Shown here piece by piece: positions 11,856 to 25,423 of a stretch of DNA of 64,000 nt. This DNA comes from Eledone cirrhosa. Lineage: Eukaryota. Below the pieces are notes generated by a model. It was given only the letters and a program-made list of their open reading frames with translations, did no database searches and was not told the DNA's origin. The first letter of the stretch is position 1. Every line of letters starts with the position of its first letter. The stretch lies in contig OZ024745.1 in assembly GCA_964016885.1 (NCBI GenBank), positions 128,774,001-128,838,000 on the forward strand, read 5' to 3'. Position numbers and translations under genes: made by a program.

Positions 11856-13620
11856 TTAATGATGTTGCCAACCATTTGTCCATGACTAATAAATTATTTG
11901 ATCTTGATTGGATGAAAGACAATTTCTCTCAGGGATTAATTGCATCCTTCAAAACTTCCATACTCCCCAAAATTCACCAACACTACACCTGATATTCCTC
12001 CTCCACACACACGCATGACCCATTCACTGTTCACTTTCTTGACTTTTGTACATTATTCTATGTACTATATATGTACCTTTGATGAGATGTAGTGCACCTG
12101 AGCACTGTACACAATCATTTTCATTATTATTAAGATTTGAACTTGAAGTGTAGAGAGCTGAAACAAATATTGCAAGACATTTTAATCTGATGCTCTAATA
12201 ATGACCCCTGCTCTTTTGACACCTTTAATTCAAAGAATGCTAATAGTGTATTCACTGCACTATCATTGTGGGGGTATGCTGTTTCATGGAGGGAAAATAT
12301 TTTGGAGCACATTGTATATCTGTTCCGATTCCAACTGTTCCAAGTGGTATGATAGTTTCCTGTTGAGATTGAACCTCTTACTTCAATGATAACTGGTACA
12401 GCTTTCATTTCATCGTCATCACTAGTCAATAATAAAGAAATCATTATTATTATTATCATCATACTTAGCTGTAATTTCTCCTTCATTTCTTAACTTCTCC
12501 AAGACAGGATATCATAATAGAGTAGGAAATAAAGCTTCAAGAGGTTGTTCTACTTATATATATATTTTTGAATCTAGGTGAGTGGTGTTGGTTTGTTTGA
12601 AAAACCTTGAAACACTTAGGTCTCATTGCGAGATCAGATTTAATCTCTTAAGCTTATGGTTTGTCATAAAAGGGTTTGTCTTTTTTTTTTTAAAGTTTTT
12701 TTTTACTCTTCTTCGTTGTTGTTGCTAATTTATTTTGACTGTTTATGTATTTGGATTTTCTGAAACCGCTTCATAGAGAGTGGGGGGGGGGGGGGGGTGC
12801 GTGGGTGGTGTAAAAGAGGAGAGGAAAGGAAAGTCGTAATTTGTTGTCAATAGTGGCTTTAGGGGTCAGAAGACCATTCAGAGAGAAACAGGCAGTTGAT
12901 GCATGTAATACAGTGAGATAGGTTTTATTTAGTGCGTTGGTAGAACATACAGTATTTTGTTAAGTCCTTTATGTTTTAGGTTCAATCACACTAGAGTTCT
13001 TCACTTGGCTTTTCGTCCGTCCATGTTTGTTGAAATAAGAAATTGGAACTAACCATTAAGTACTGTGATTGACGTACTCAGCTGTTACCTCCTCCAAAAT
13101 TCATGGGCAATATTTTGGCTCGTTGTGAACAATAAGGCAATTATTGATGTTATATTAACAATACAAGTTGGTGAGTTAGTTGAATTGTTAGTGTGTTAGA
13201 CACCTTGCTGTATTTAGTTGGGACTCTTTATATATTCTGATTTCAAATCCTGTCATTGATAAATGTTTTCTTTCATCCTTTTGGGGTCAGTAAATAAACT
13301 AACAGTCAAGTACAGCGACCACATTTCTAATGAAATACTCTGTTTCAATTAATTAATGAAGAATTTTGAGGGATTTACTAAAATTGTTAATTATCTCATT
13401 ACTAAAAGAGTAACTTAATGTAAGGTTCTTATATAAAATGATGTTGGAAAATTTTAATTTAGATTGGAAATCTTTAAAATGAGTGGTTTTGTTTCATAGA
13501 ACCAGAGCTGGTTTTGGATGGGTTTGTAACTAAAGGTTTAACTGAAGAACTCACCCCCACACCACCACGCAAATGTGTGGCCATGTTAGAAAATATTCAA
13601 ATTAATATTATTATTAACAA

Positions 13621-13812
13621 CGGTGGATTGGCAGTATCGGTAGAGGGTCGGACGCCATGCCTTGAAGCATAGAGTTACCTCCCTTTATGATCTGAGTTCA
13701 AATCCTGCCGCGGTTAACTTTACCTTTCATCCTTACGGGGTCGATAAAATAAAGTACCAGTAATACACTGGGATAATTGCTGGCCTTGTGCCAAAAGTAG
13801 AAACAATTATTA
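13621..13812 (+). mobile_element. SINE family B, full length
   Basis: A and B boxes, central domain, tail. Confidence 0.88.
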
Positions 13813-14162
13813 ACAAGTATCTGCAGAACACCAGACAGAGTTTGATGTGGTAGTTGATCAGTTCTAGAGTCAATAAAACAAATTCCAGTTAAGTTTTGAA
13901 ATCGGTTTCATTGTCTAAAATCTATATTTTACAGACAGAAGTTATACAACAATGGTAATATTTTCTTTTCTTTCAAAAAAGATAACGACAAAATTAAATA
14001 ATGAAAAAAAAAAAGACAAAGGTGGGAAGGGGGTAAAGAAAAACAGATCTGGCTGTATGGGAAAGGACTATAAATGGCATGAATGAGAAGTGGAGGAAAA
14101 GTGCAAGAGGCTATGGAAGAAAGAGAGAGGGAAATGGAGAGAGTGACAGGCTCTGCACTGAG

Positions 14163-14432
14163 ATAATTGTTTCTACTTTTGGCACAAGGCCAGCAATTAC
14201 CTCCAGTGCATTACTGGTGTTGTATTTTATCAACCCCGTAAAGATGAAAGGCAAAGTTAACCGCGACAGGATTTGAACTTAGACCATAAAGGGCCGTAAC
14301 TCTATGCTGCAAAGCATGGTGTCCGACCCTCTACTGATACTGCCATTAGATAATGCTTGATCATAAAGGGCCGTAACTCTATGCTGCAAAGCATGGCGTC
14401 CAACTCTCTACCGATTCTACCATTAGATAATG
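14163..14432 (-). mobile_element. SINE family B with duplicated head segment
   Basis: About 75 bp duplicated at 14285-14357 and 14362-14434. Confidence 0.8.
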
Positions 14433-14770
14433 CTTCAAACTTCTGGCTTTGTGTTTTCTGTTGTTTCAAGAATTTTCCAAGAACTCTGGTAGATATAGTG
14501 TTGATTTAGATATTTGTCGTTAGTCAACCAGTAAAATGTAGTACCTTTAATCAACTTAAACTAATCTCACGAATTCTTAACTAATTTTTACCTAGCTCTG
14601 GTCTGAAGAATTTTCATTGGTTATTCTAGAGTAACTTCTGTAAATTGTGTGTGTGTATCTGCAGAGGGTGTATGTATCTGTATGTGTATGTTTGTGTGAT
14701 TTTTTATGTTCTCTGTTTTGGTTTGTTTGTTTGTCATCTTTCTGCTATTTTCCTAGTACTAATACCATAA

Positions 14771-14989
14771 CCCTTTAGCATTTACATTACTCTATATATA
14801 CTATTGTATTTTCATGGTAAAGGTTTTATTTCACTTAATTACCCCACATAATATCGAACCCGAGATTTTGATATTATTTATTTTGAGAACAATACGTTAA
14901 CATCAGTATGAGCAGCCAGTTATGGCTGATTTGCACAGAAAGAGATGAGAGAATTCTGACCGGATACAGCCAGTTTAAAAGCTAAAGGA
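14771..14989. mobile_element. piggyBac-like MITE (family P1)
   Basis: ATAA|CCCTTTAGCATTTA...AAAGCTAAAGGA|TTAA. Confidence 0.78.
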
Positions 14990-15717
14990 TTAAATGTGGT
15001 CACAAAAGGGTTAATTCAAAAACATTTTATTTCATGAGAAATACGATAAAGAAGCTTGTTTTGTTATTTTTTAGGTTTTTTTTTTTGTGTATATAGGATT
15101 GAAAAACCTAATGTTTATAGCATTTGATATAAATCATAAGGCAATGCAGCCATTTCACCTTCATATAATGTGTGACAATGGCAGTAAAAATAATAGCAAA
15201 AAAAAAAAAACCCAACTAACAAAAACAAAACAACGCAACAATTGGACTTACCTCAGTTTTGAGTAGATTTAAATGAGATAAATATATAATTACTGTATGA
15301 GAGGGGGATTATGTATATATAAGTGTGGAAGAAGAGGTGAGGGGACTGTGATGTTGCAATGATTTGCTGATAAGAAATATTTGTGGATTTCTGCATGTAT
15401 GCACATATATAAATAGACCAACGACCTCTTCCATCGTACATACGTACTTATGTACTTATGTACATACATACATACTCAAGCTAACTGTTTTATATATATA
15501 TTTTCCTGATATATTTGTTTGATATGTGTATATACATATTTTTATTCATCGATTCACAAAAATAATGCATTATTTTCGCTATTGATTATAATATTTATAG
15601 ACTTTGTTTATACATATATAAAAATATATATAGACTTTGTGTGTGCACGCACACACACACACACACACATATATATATACTTTGTATAGCTTTATTATTA
15701 TTACTGTTATTGTATAG

Positions 15718-16052
15718 GGCGGTGGATTGGCAGTATCGGTAGAGGGTTGGAACGCCATGCTTTGCAGCATAGAGTTACGGCCCTTGCCATTCTGAGTTCA
15801 AATCCCGCCGAGGTTAACTTTGCCTTTCATTCTTACGGGGTCGATAAAATAAAGTACCAGTAATGTACTGGGATAATTGCTGGCCTTGTGCCAAAAGTAG
15901 AAACAATTATTACTGTTATTGTTCCGTTCATCCTTTCAGGGTCGATAAAATAAAGTACCTGTAATGCACTGGGGGTCGATTTAATCGACTCCCCCTCCCC
16001 CAAAAAAATAATTTGTTGGCCCTTTACCTATATAAGAAACCATTATTATTAT
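15718..16052 (+). mobile_element. SINE family B full copy plus 3' partial copy
   Basis: Copies at 15718-15912 and about 15927-16052. Confidence 0.85.
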
Positions 16053-16354
16053 TCTTTGAGTCTCAGTCATTGATGTTGTTTTACCTGAAAGTTTGTTCAA
16101 ATGAACATCAAGCCACTACCTGCAACCTCAGATATTCAGGACGTTTCAGAGGGTTCTTGCTGTTCCCAGCAAGCATGCCTTTTGAAGTGTTCCAAAAAAA
16201 GGGGCTGGACTAATATTCTTTAACTATCCTTGAAAACTCTTCGAGATAGTACCTAGTGTTCCTATGACAGTTAGGACGACGTTGATCTCGTGACAGTCCC
16301 AAATTCTTTAAAACTCCCAGTTTAAATCTTGATATCGGTTTAATTTTCTCCTTT

Positions 16355-16552
16355 GGTAGATTGGCAGTATTGGTAGAGGGTTGGACACCATGCTTTGACG
16401 CATAGAGTTATGGCCCTTGCCATTCTGAGTTCAAATCCTACCGAGGTTAACTTTGCTTTTCATCCTTACGGGGTCGATAAAATAAAGTACCAGTAATGCA
16501 CTGGGTAATTGCTGGCCTTGTACCAAAAGTAGAAACAATTATTATTATTATT
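16355..16552 (+). mobile_element. SINE family B
   Basis: Full copy with (ATT)n tail. Confidence 0.87.
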
Positions 16553-17319
16553 ATATTTTTATATATATTTTATATTTTCATGGTTTTGCCATTGTGCACT
16601 TTTGCTCAATCTTATTGTAAAGCCCCCACTGTCCATGTCTTTGTATTGTCCCTACATGCTGACCCTTGTGGCGAATAAATGAAATTATTATTATTATCAT
16701 TGTTGTTGTAGTTGTGATTCCTTGTCTCTGAAATTTTCCCATCATTTCTCAAATCATCCATACAAAGATTTGGGAGTCTGTGATTGCTGTTTTTGCGAGA
16801 CTAGTAAAAATGAAATGTTAAAAGTCAATCACTTATATGAAACATATATGAAGTACTTGATCAGTATTTTATTGGCTTCAGTAAGGTTTGTACTGAAAGT
16901 GTACATAACTAAATACATCAAAGTATTTTTTTTTTATGTCTGATGTTCAATAAATTCCACGCTCTGCTGCTTTTGAATGACTTTCGCAATAAAGCATCAT
17001 TGACATGTAATACACATGCACCTTTTCATGTTCTCCACAAAAAAGACAATGCTATGTAAATACTACAAAGGCAATGCTGTGCACCTGGAGGTGCAGTGTA
17101 ACTCTTAGAAGTTCACATGAAACTATTGAATAAATAATAATAATAGAAATAACAATAGTGATAACAATAACTTTTTGAAATAGACGCATGGTCAGAAATT
17201 TTGGCGGGAGGAAAAAGTTGGTTATGTCACCCCCCACCCACCCCACAAGCCCCATGACTTCACTTTTTCTTTATTTTATCAAGTCTGGTGGAATGAAAGG
17301 TAGAGTTGACATTGGCAGT

Positions 17320-17527
17320 ATTTTAGTATTTAAACCAGCCATATCTGGCTTGAATTCTCTCACCTCTTTCTGTTTAAACCGGCTGTAATCGGCCACTCAT
17401 ACTTCTATTAAGGTATTGTTCTCAAAATAAATAATATCAAAATGTCATAGATTTGATATTATGTGAGGTAAAACTTTTACCGTGAAAATGTAAATGCTAA
17501 ATATAGAGTAATGTAAATGCTAAAGGG
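17320..17527. mobile_element. piggyBac-like MITE (family P1)
   Basis: Ends TAAATGCTAAAGGG|TTAA; internal gaattctctcacctctttctgtt shared with other copies. Confidence 0.75.
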
Positions 17528-17607
17528 TTAAACTAAGAATATAAAATACTGAAACAATACAGCAAGTTTGTCCAATGTACCAACCATTCTGGCAATCCAC
17601 GATCCTT

Positions 17608-17852
17608 ATGATAATGGTTTCTGATATAGGAACAAGGCCAGCATTTTTTTTCGTTGTTTTATTTTTTGTGGAAGGGAAAGTTAATTAAATTGACCCCAGT
17701 GCGTTACAGGTACTTTATTTTAATTTTATCAACCACCGTAAGAATGAAAGGCAAAGCTAACTTCGGCGGGGTTTGAACTCAGAAAGTAAAGACCTGTAAC
17801 TCTATGCTGCTCAGCATGTGCGACGCTCTATCGATTCTGCCAATCCGCCGCC
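17608..17852 (-). mobile_element. SINE family B variant
   Basis: Reverse complement of head and central domain. Confidence 0.75.
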
Positions 17853-18592
17853 CTCACTACCCTGGTGATAATAACAATGATTTCTAGTTTTGGCACAAGG
17901 CCAGCAGTTTTCAGAGGTGGGTAATGTTGATGAAGTTTTATGGAGCCCAGTAAAATGAAGGTCAAAGGTGACCATTGCTGGAGTTGAACTTAGAATACAA
18001 AGAATGCAAACCATTTGTCCAATAGTGTAATGATTCTGGTCAGTGGTGTATTGGTGGGGGTGCATGGCACTATAGCTGCCTCTCCCCTTCAAGATGCTGC
18101 TAGGATATTTAGTGACACTTGTTAGAAAATTAGTCATTTTTGTTGAAAAATTATGATTTGTTTACACTCTCAAAAATGGAGCAATATGCTTCTGGTTTTG
18201 GTTAACCCTGAGCAAGATAGTTGGATACCATCCATGAGCCCAGCTGCTCTCTCACTTGGGGACCCAGCTGGATCAATTGCAGCCGGCAGCTTCTGACAGG
18301 GCCTGCTGGAAGATATGTTTGATGACACTGCCTCCACCACTCTCCCAGGGATACATGGATGAAGAAGTGTATGTATAGGTTAGATTCAGGATTACTCTTG
18401 CTACTAAGCACTCTCTCTACCAGCTGTGGTCCCTGAAATTAGTCAGAGGATAATGTCAAGGTGTCCAAAAGCCCCCCCCCCCACACACACACACACACCC
18501 AACTCTTCAAAGTAAAGGGATTTTAAAATAATAATAAAAAACAACCTGGCAATGATCTATTTATCTACCTATTTATTAGCTCCTGGTGTTGG

Positions 18593-18957
18593 CTGTGGTG
18601 GTGAGGGTGGTGGTAGTGATGATGGTGGGGTGTGATAGTGATGGTGAGGGTGGTGGTAGTGATGATGGTGGGGTGTGATAGTGATGGTGAGGGTGGTGGT
18701 AGTGATGATGGTGGGGTGTGATAGTGATGGTGAGGGTGGTGGTAGTGATGATGGTGGGGTGTGATAGTGATGGTGAGGGTGGTGGTAGTGATGATGGTGG
18801 GGTGTGATAGTGATGGTGAGGGTGGTGGTAGTGATGATGGTGGGGTGTGATAGTGATGGTGAGGGTGGTGGTAGTGATGATGGTGGGGTGTGATAGTGAT
18901 GGTGAAGGTGGTGGTAGTGATAGTGATGGTGAGGGTGGTGGTAGTGATGATGGTGAG
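18593..18957. repeat. 43 bp GT-rich minisatellite (~7-8 units)
   Basis: Unit gtgatggtgagggtggtggtagtgatgatggtggggtgtgata. Confidence 0.92.
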
Positions 18958-19551
18958 GGGGGGGTGGGGGGGGTGGGGGGTGGCAAAAACAAGCTGAAAA
19001 AGCAAAAAAAAAAACTTCAAACATGAATAAACAAAAAAAAAGCACAAAATACAAAAACAAGTAGACTGCCTGTTGGGCAAGCAGAGAGGTCTACTTATAC
19101 AGCATACTAATTGAATCAATATAAGTCTTGTGTCCATCCTCTCCTTAGCACATGACCCAGTTTTAATTGCTGTGCAGCATATATATATATACACACACAC
19201 ACACGCACACACACATATATTTATGTTTGTGTATATATCTATATTTATTTATGTATGTATGTATGTGTGTGTATATATATCTATATTTATGTACGTGTAT
19301 GTTTGTGTGTGTTGGAGTTTGTTGTTGTTACATTTGTTTTAGGTATATTTCTTATTGACATTTTTATTCACCTTCAAGTGTATCACAACAGCTAGCCATG
19401 GTGCTGCTGTTGTTGTTGTTGTTGTTGTTGTGGTGGTTATTTGCTGAGCACAGCAATACACAAGTTCTTTGTGTTTGTGTCTAGATGTGTACATCGCTCA
19501 CTCTCATATATATATATATATATACACGCTTGCACTCACACACACATATAT

Positions 19552-19632
<81 letters not shown>

Positions 19633-19796
19633 GGTGTCCTTTAAAATGTATATATATGTATATTTTTATTTATTGATATATATAGATATATATAAATATA
19701 TTTTTATATATGTATATATATATACATATATACATATGTCCCAAGGCTCTGATACCATCAACACCATAAACACAGAGCTGGCATATCTAAGAACTA

Positions 19797-19852
19797 ACTG
19801 CCTGATGAGGTCATAGCCATTCAATGGCTATCATCAAAATATATATAGCAGT
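19797..19852 (+). ncRNA. Degenerate type I hammerhead ribozyme
   Basis: actgc-CTGATGA-..atagccat-tca-atggctat..-AAAA (GAAA expected)-tatatata^gcagt, then AATAAA. Confidence 0.7.
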
Positions 19853-19910
19853 AAATAAAGGATTATGAGTTCATGCAATTGACTTATGTTTCGTCACTAT
19901 ATATATATAC

Positions 19911-20302
19911 CGAAGACCCGCCTTGCCTAAGTACAAAGCGAAACCTACAGTCAGTAGGCACCTCCTAACCAAAAATACACCCCCATCCCACTACCCCTAC
20001 CCCCATTAACACCATCCCTTTCTCTGTAAAGTTATGTTGGTACCACAACATCCAGTCCTAAATAAATGAGGTCGTGTAGGTGTCACAACAAAAAAAAAAC
20101 ACAGTCCACGCTGTAATGTGGCCGTGGTAAAAACCTCGCAGTCCACACTGTAAATGTGGTTGGTGTTAGGAAGGGCATCCAGCCGTAGAAAACCTGCCAG
20201 GCAGTCCTATATGAGCAAGACAACTAATCTTGCCTCACGTGGGACAATTCCTGTCTAAACCCATGCTAACGTGGAAGATAGACGTTAAAAGATGATGATG
20301 AT
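19911..20302 (+). mobile_element. RTE LINE 3' end (truncated copy)
   Basis: gaagacccgccttgcctaa plus a 3' UTR near-identical to 21294-21688; (GAT)n tail. Confidence 0.88.
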
Positions 20303-20307
20303 ATATA

Positions 20308-21312
20308 TTTATTATTGCCCTTCAGGCTATAACAGAGGAGTTCAAGACCGGCTGCCCATGGGAACTCCTATACGCAGATGATCTAACGCTCATAGCTGAA
20401 TCAATGGCTGAACTAGAGAAGAAATTCCAAACATGGAAGCATGGCTTAGAATCAAAAGGCCTTAAAATTAACCTGTCTAAGACTAAAGTTCTAGTTTGTA
20501 GGAAGGAAAATAGGGCACCGGTCCCATCCGGGAAATGGCCATGCTGAGTGTGTAGGAAAGGAGTAGGCAGAAACTCCATTTTATGTCCCAAATGCAAAGT
20601 ATGGGTGCATAAAAGATGTAGTGGGATCACAGGTAAGCTAACTAAGAATATAGATTTTATATGTGGCTGGTGCGCTGGTACAATAAGTAGCAACAAATGC
20701 CCACAGAATACTAGCTCATTCCATAGCACAGATCGTTCTATAGAAATAGTGGACACCTTCCGTTACCTGGGTGACAAAATCAGCAGTGGTGGAGGGTGCT
20801 CTGAAAGTACAGTAGCTAGAGTCAGAACTGGATTGAAAAAGTTCAGAGAGCTTATACCACTATTAGCCACTAAAGGGTTTTCTCTAAAAATGAAAGGCAG
20901 GCTGTATGATGCCTTCATACGAACAGCAATGTTACATGACAGTGAGACCTGGGCATTGTGTGCAGAGGATATACGCAGACTGGAGAGGAACGAAGCTTGC
21001 ATGCTCCGTTGGATGTGTAATAGTAATATACGTGACCGGCAAAGCATAAATGAACTAAGGGAGAAATTAGGAATAAGAGGGATCAGGTGCTGTTTACTCG
21101 AGAGAAGACTACGTTGGTATGGTCATGTGATGCGCATGAAAGACGACAGCTGTATAAAAAAGTGCAGGGCAATAAAAATAGACGGTAGCCACGGAGTAGG
21201 CAGACCCAGAAAAACCTGGGACGACTTGATAAATTCCGACCTCTCCAAGACAATGTCACTAGACCGAGATCTTTGGCGCTACGCAGTAATACAGAAGACC
21301 CGCCTTGCCTAA
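20308..21312 (+). pseudogene. RTE-clade reverse transcriptase C-terminal ORF remnant
   Basis: In frame FIIALQAITEEFKTGCPWELLYADDL...GLKINLSKTK, stop at 20545-20547, then ...FRYLG...SETW...RRLRWYGHVMR...GRPRKTW...DRDLWR, which are RTE hallmarks. Confidence 0.93.
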
Positions 21313-21688
21313 GTACAAAGTGAAACCCACTACAGTCAGTAGGCACCTCTAACAAAAATACACCCCTGTCCCACTACCCCCACCCCATCCACACCACTCC
21401 TTTCAATGTAAAGTTATGTTGGTACCACAACATCCAGTCCGAAACAAATGAGGTCGTGTAGGTGTCACAACAAAAAACACACAGTCCACGCTGTAATGTG
21501 GCCGTGTAGGTAACACGGTAAAAACCTCCCAGTCCACACTGTAAACGTGGTTGGTGTTAGGAAGGGCATCCAGCCGTAGAAAACCCGCCAGACAGTCCTG
21601 AGCGAGACAACCACTCTTGCCTCAAGTGGGAAAACTCCCATCCAAACCCATGCAAGCGTGGAAGATGGACGTTAAACGATGATGATGA
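20308..21688 (+). mobile_element. 5'-truncated RTE LINE
   Basis: RT remnant, ~375 bp 3' UTR and (GAT)n tail, between TA tracts. Confidence 0.92.
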
Positions 21689-21755
21689 TTTATATATATA
21701 TTTACATATACACACACACACATATTTGTATATATATTTATATATATATTTACTG

Positions 21756-22133
21756 TGTGTCGACCGTGACCTCTGGCGATACGCAGTAAATAAATATATA
21801 ACCCCCCCCCCCCCCACACGGGTACAAGTCGAAGCTGAAGCATATAGACAATATGCCCCACACCCTCCCACTGCAAAGTGGTCGTGGAGGTGCCACGGCA
21901 AAAATGCGCCCATCCCACTGTAAAGTGGACGTGTAGGCACCACAAAAAAAAAGCACCCAACACTCACTGTAAATGAGGTTGGTGTTAGGAAGGGCATCCA
22001 GCTGTAGAAACCAGTCCAGAATCAGTTCCCATATGAGCAAAACAAGGTCAGCCGACCGGACACTGCCCACAACAGGACAGCCTGTCTAATCCATGCTAGC
22101 GTGGAAGAAAGGACGTAAAACGGTGATGATGAT
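21756..22133 (+). mobile_element. RTE LINE 3' end (related subfamily)
   Basis: gaccgtgacctctggcgatacgcagta (DRDLWRYAV), 3' UTR and (GAT)n tail. Confidence 0.82.
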
Positions 22134-22623
22134 ATAATATCACATTGACAGTGTGTATGTATGTGTGTGAGGTAAATGTGTCGCTCTAACCAGCCAGCTT
22201 ACTTGTGTTATTAAAAAGCAGCCATTTTATGTCTATGCTACTCTTGGTCTCCAATGTTTGCCACACTTGCATACTTTATTTGCTTTTACCTTGCATCTAT
22301 ATACAACAAAAAAATAATAGTCTTTGTGTGGTATATGTGTATGTGTGGAAGACTGAGAAAGTGTATATATATACATATACTGTGTGTGTGTGTGTGTGTA
22401 TGCATACATGGGCATATGTGTGAGAACTTTTTTTCCGGCTGTTCAAAAAGTTCTTTTGTATCCGAATATTTGTGTTTTGTTATTGTATAAATGTGTATAT
22501 GTGTAGATGAATACATAGATATTTACCTTCCATATATATATATATATACTTATCTATATATAGTGTTTGTGTGTATAGATATATACATTATATTATATGT
22601 AGACGCATGAACATACACACCCA

Positions 22624-22659
<36 letters not shown>

Positions 22660-22855
22660 TATATATGTGTGTGTATGTATGTGTATATATGTATATGTGT
22701 GTGTGTGTGTGTGTATGTATATGTGTGTGTGTATGTATATATGTGTGTGTGTATATATATATATGTGTGTGTGTGTGTGTATATATGGAAATATCTGCTA
22801 GTAAGAATGCAGGTGTGTTTGTGTGCCTGGAAGGAGTGAGGTGTGTGTCTGCATG

Positions 22856-22886
<31 letters not shown>

Positions 22887-23079
22887 CATATGATTTATAT
22901 ATGAGTGTGTTGTGTATACACACTATGTATATATGCTTACACACACACACATAACCAGAACATGAATGAAGACTTCCACGACAGCACCACTGATAATGGT
23001 TTAATGGAATGGCAAAAACAGAACGAGGTGGGGAGAAAACCCCAATATAAGCCAATCATATATTCATTTATATATACAT

Positions 23080-23157
23080 AGGGGTGTCCCAAAATATGTA
23101 TACACATATTTATTAGAATGCTGTTGGAACATGTGTACATTTTTATGGGACACGCTG
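23080..23157. mobile_element. ~80 bp Tc1/mariner-like mini-MITE
   Basis: Imperfect TIRs GGGTGTCCCAAAATATGTATACACA / TGTGTACATTTTTATGGGACACGCTG in TA context. Confidence 0.6.
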
Positions 23158-23319
23158 ATATATAAATATATATGGTGTAGAATTGCTACTCTCTTTTACT
23201 ACTTCATACTCACTCTCATTCTCTCTCTCTTACTCTCACCTTCCCCCTCTGTCTCTTTCTCTCACTTTCCTCTTCTTTCTCTCTCTCTTCTATGGTTTCT
23301 TTTATATATATATATATAA

Positions 23320-23381
<62 letters not shown>

Positions 23382-23777
23382 TGAGTTTCATTTTTCTCAC
23401 CTTACTCTCTCCTTTTTTTCTTTCATCTCATCTCTTACCTGCTGGCATACAAAAACATATCTAATGCATATTTACAATATACTTGTGTGTGTGTGTTAGC
23501 AGGGAAAATGCTTCTTATATGATGTGTGTGTGTATGTATCTATATATATATTTATGTGTGTGTGTGTGTGTGTATGTGTGTATATATATAAATATATATA
23601 CTGTGTATTCACATACAGATATATTAGTACCATTGCTGTCACACATTATAATCTAAGTATATTACAACATATAGTTTAGTCAAACACCTGTTGACTATTT
23701 TGTATACGCCCCCACCCACCCTCCGTCACGACAAAAAAAGGAAGAGAGAGAAAAGAAAGAAGGGAAGAGAGAAGTGA

Positions 23778-23997
23778 AAAAGAAAAGGGAGGAAAAAAAA
23801 GTCCACGCTGTAATGTGGACATGTAGGTAACACGGTAAAAAGCTCCCAGTCCACACTGTAAATGTCTTTGGTTTTAGGAAAACCTGCCAGATAGTCCTAT
23901 ACGAGCAAGACGCGGTCATCTTACCTCAAATGGGACATTTCTCATTTAACCCATGCTAGCGTGGAAGATGGACATTAAACAATGTTGATGATGATGA
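23778..23997 (+). mobile_element. RTE 3' UTR fragment
   Basis: Matches 21485-21688. Confidence 0.82.
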
Positions 23998-24065
23998 TAT
24001 ATCCCATGGAAGCATGGAAAAACAGCCGTAAAAATTATGATATCAAATATTTATATATATATATA

Positions 24066-24297
24066 TCATCATTATCATCATCGTTTAACGTCTATCTTCC
24101 ATGCTAGCATGGGTTTAGACAGGAATTGTCCCACTTGAGAGGCAAGATTGGTCGGGTGACCATGTCTCGCTCGTATAGGACTGTCTGGCAGGTTTTCTAC
24201 GGCTGGATGCTTTTCCTAACAACAACCACGTTTACAGTGTGGACTGGGAGGTTTTTACCATGTTACCTACACGGCCACATTACAGCGTGGGCTGTGT
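24066..24297 (-). mobile_element. RTE 3' UTR fragment
   Basis: Reverse complement of 20105-20300 and 21485-21688. Confidence 0.85.
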
Positions 24298-24527
24298 TAT
24301 ATATATATATATATATATATATAAATCAATATTTGTGGCAGAGTACAAACTGCTGATTTTGGCCTTTTGCATTACTTTCTATTATTTGTTTTTTGTTGGT
24401 AGTTCTTTTTTTTATTTGTTATCTCTCATAATTTTCTTGATGAAAACTGACTTGGCTTCTGTCCTACATTGGAGAGCTTGATGTCTTATTATTGGTCTAC
24501 TCCAATTGGTTTGACCTAGATTTGTAT

Positions 24528-24578
<51 letters not shown>

Positions 24579-25120
24579 ATAATGTGTGTGTATATATTGG
24601 TTTGGTTTTGTTATTGCTTTTTTGCAGTAGTTTTTGTTCACATTAAAAGCTTAAAAAGTCTTTTTTTTTCTCCTAGTCTACATCTCCCCCACTTACCCCT
24701 GAGTCTATCCTTATTTAATTTCTTTGTGGGAGGTGGAACTGTTGCAATATTTGCTGATACAGCTCTTAATATGTGTTAAATACCAAAAATCAATCTGAAG
24801 AAGAGAAGCAAGAAAATCATCCATAATAATAATAATGATTTCTGATTTAGGCCAACAATTTTTTGTGAGGAACTGAATGGAAAGTTGATTAAATGGACCC
24901 TGGTATGTTGCTGGTACTTTATTTTAATGGGTGAAAGCCAAAGCTAACCTCAGTGGGATTTGAACTCAGAATGCATAGGGCCGTAACTCTATGCTGCGAG
25001 GCATGTTGTCTGATGCTCCACCAATACTGCTTATACCCCACCCTAATAATAATAATAATAATAGTAATGATGAAAGCTAAAGAATACAAAGATTTGTATA
25101 AAAAATTCATCGTCAGGAGG

Positions 25121-25384
25121 TATCATCATTTTACGTCCGCTTTTCCCTGCTTGCAAGGGTGGGACGGGAACTGATTCTGGCTTGATTTCTACAGCTGGAT
25201 GCCCTTCCTAACACCAACCTCATTTACACTAAGTGCTGGGGGCTTTTTTGCTGTGGCACCTCCACGACCACTTTGTAGTGGAATGATAGAGACCCCAGTC
25301 CCTATCATCTCATTTCTACAGCTGAGTAAACTGGAGCAATGTGAAATAAAGTGTCTTGCTCAAGGAAACAACACATCACCCGGT
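25121..25384 (-). mobile_element. Family A SINE, 5'-truncated
   Basis: Near-identical to 36642-36982. Confidence 0.88.
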
Positions 25385-25423
25385 ATATAGTTACTTACTT
25401 GATCTCCAGTACTTATTTCAATA

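Noticed and set aside
11950-12410. Possible 3' ends of other LINE clades with (ATT)n tails (also 16570-16697)
   Set aside because: Similarity is too faint to assign without a database search.
15246-15300. Minus-strand AG|GTAAGT donor
   Set aside because: A single motif with no coding exon upstream; expected by chance in 64 kb.
18202-18433. Possible minus-strand exon after ctaatttcag
   Set aside because: No recognisable protein. The plus strand reads AASDRACWK, like a decayed LINE C-terminus, but is too weak to call.
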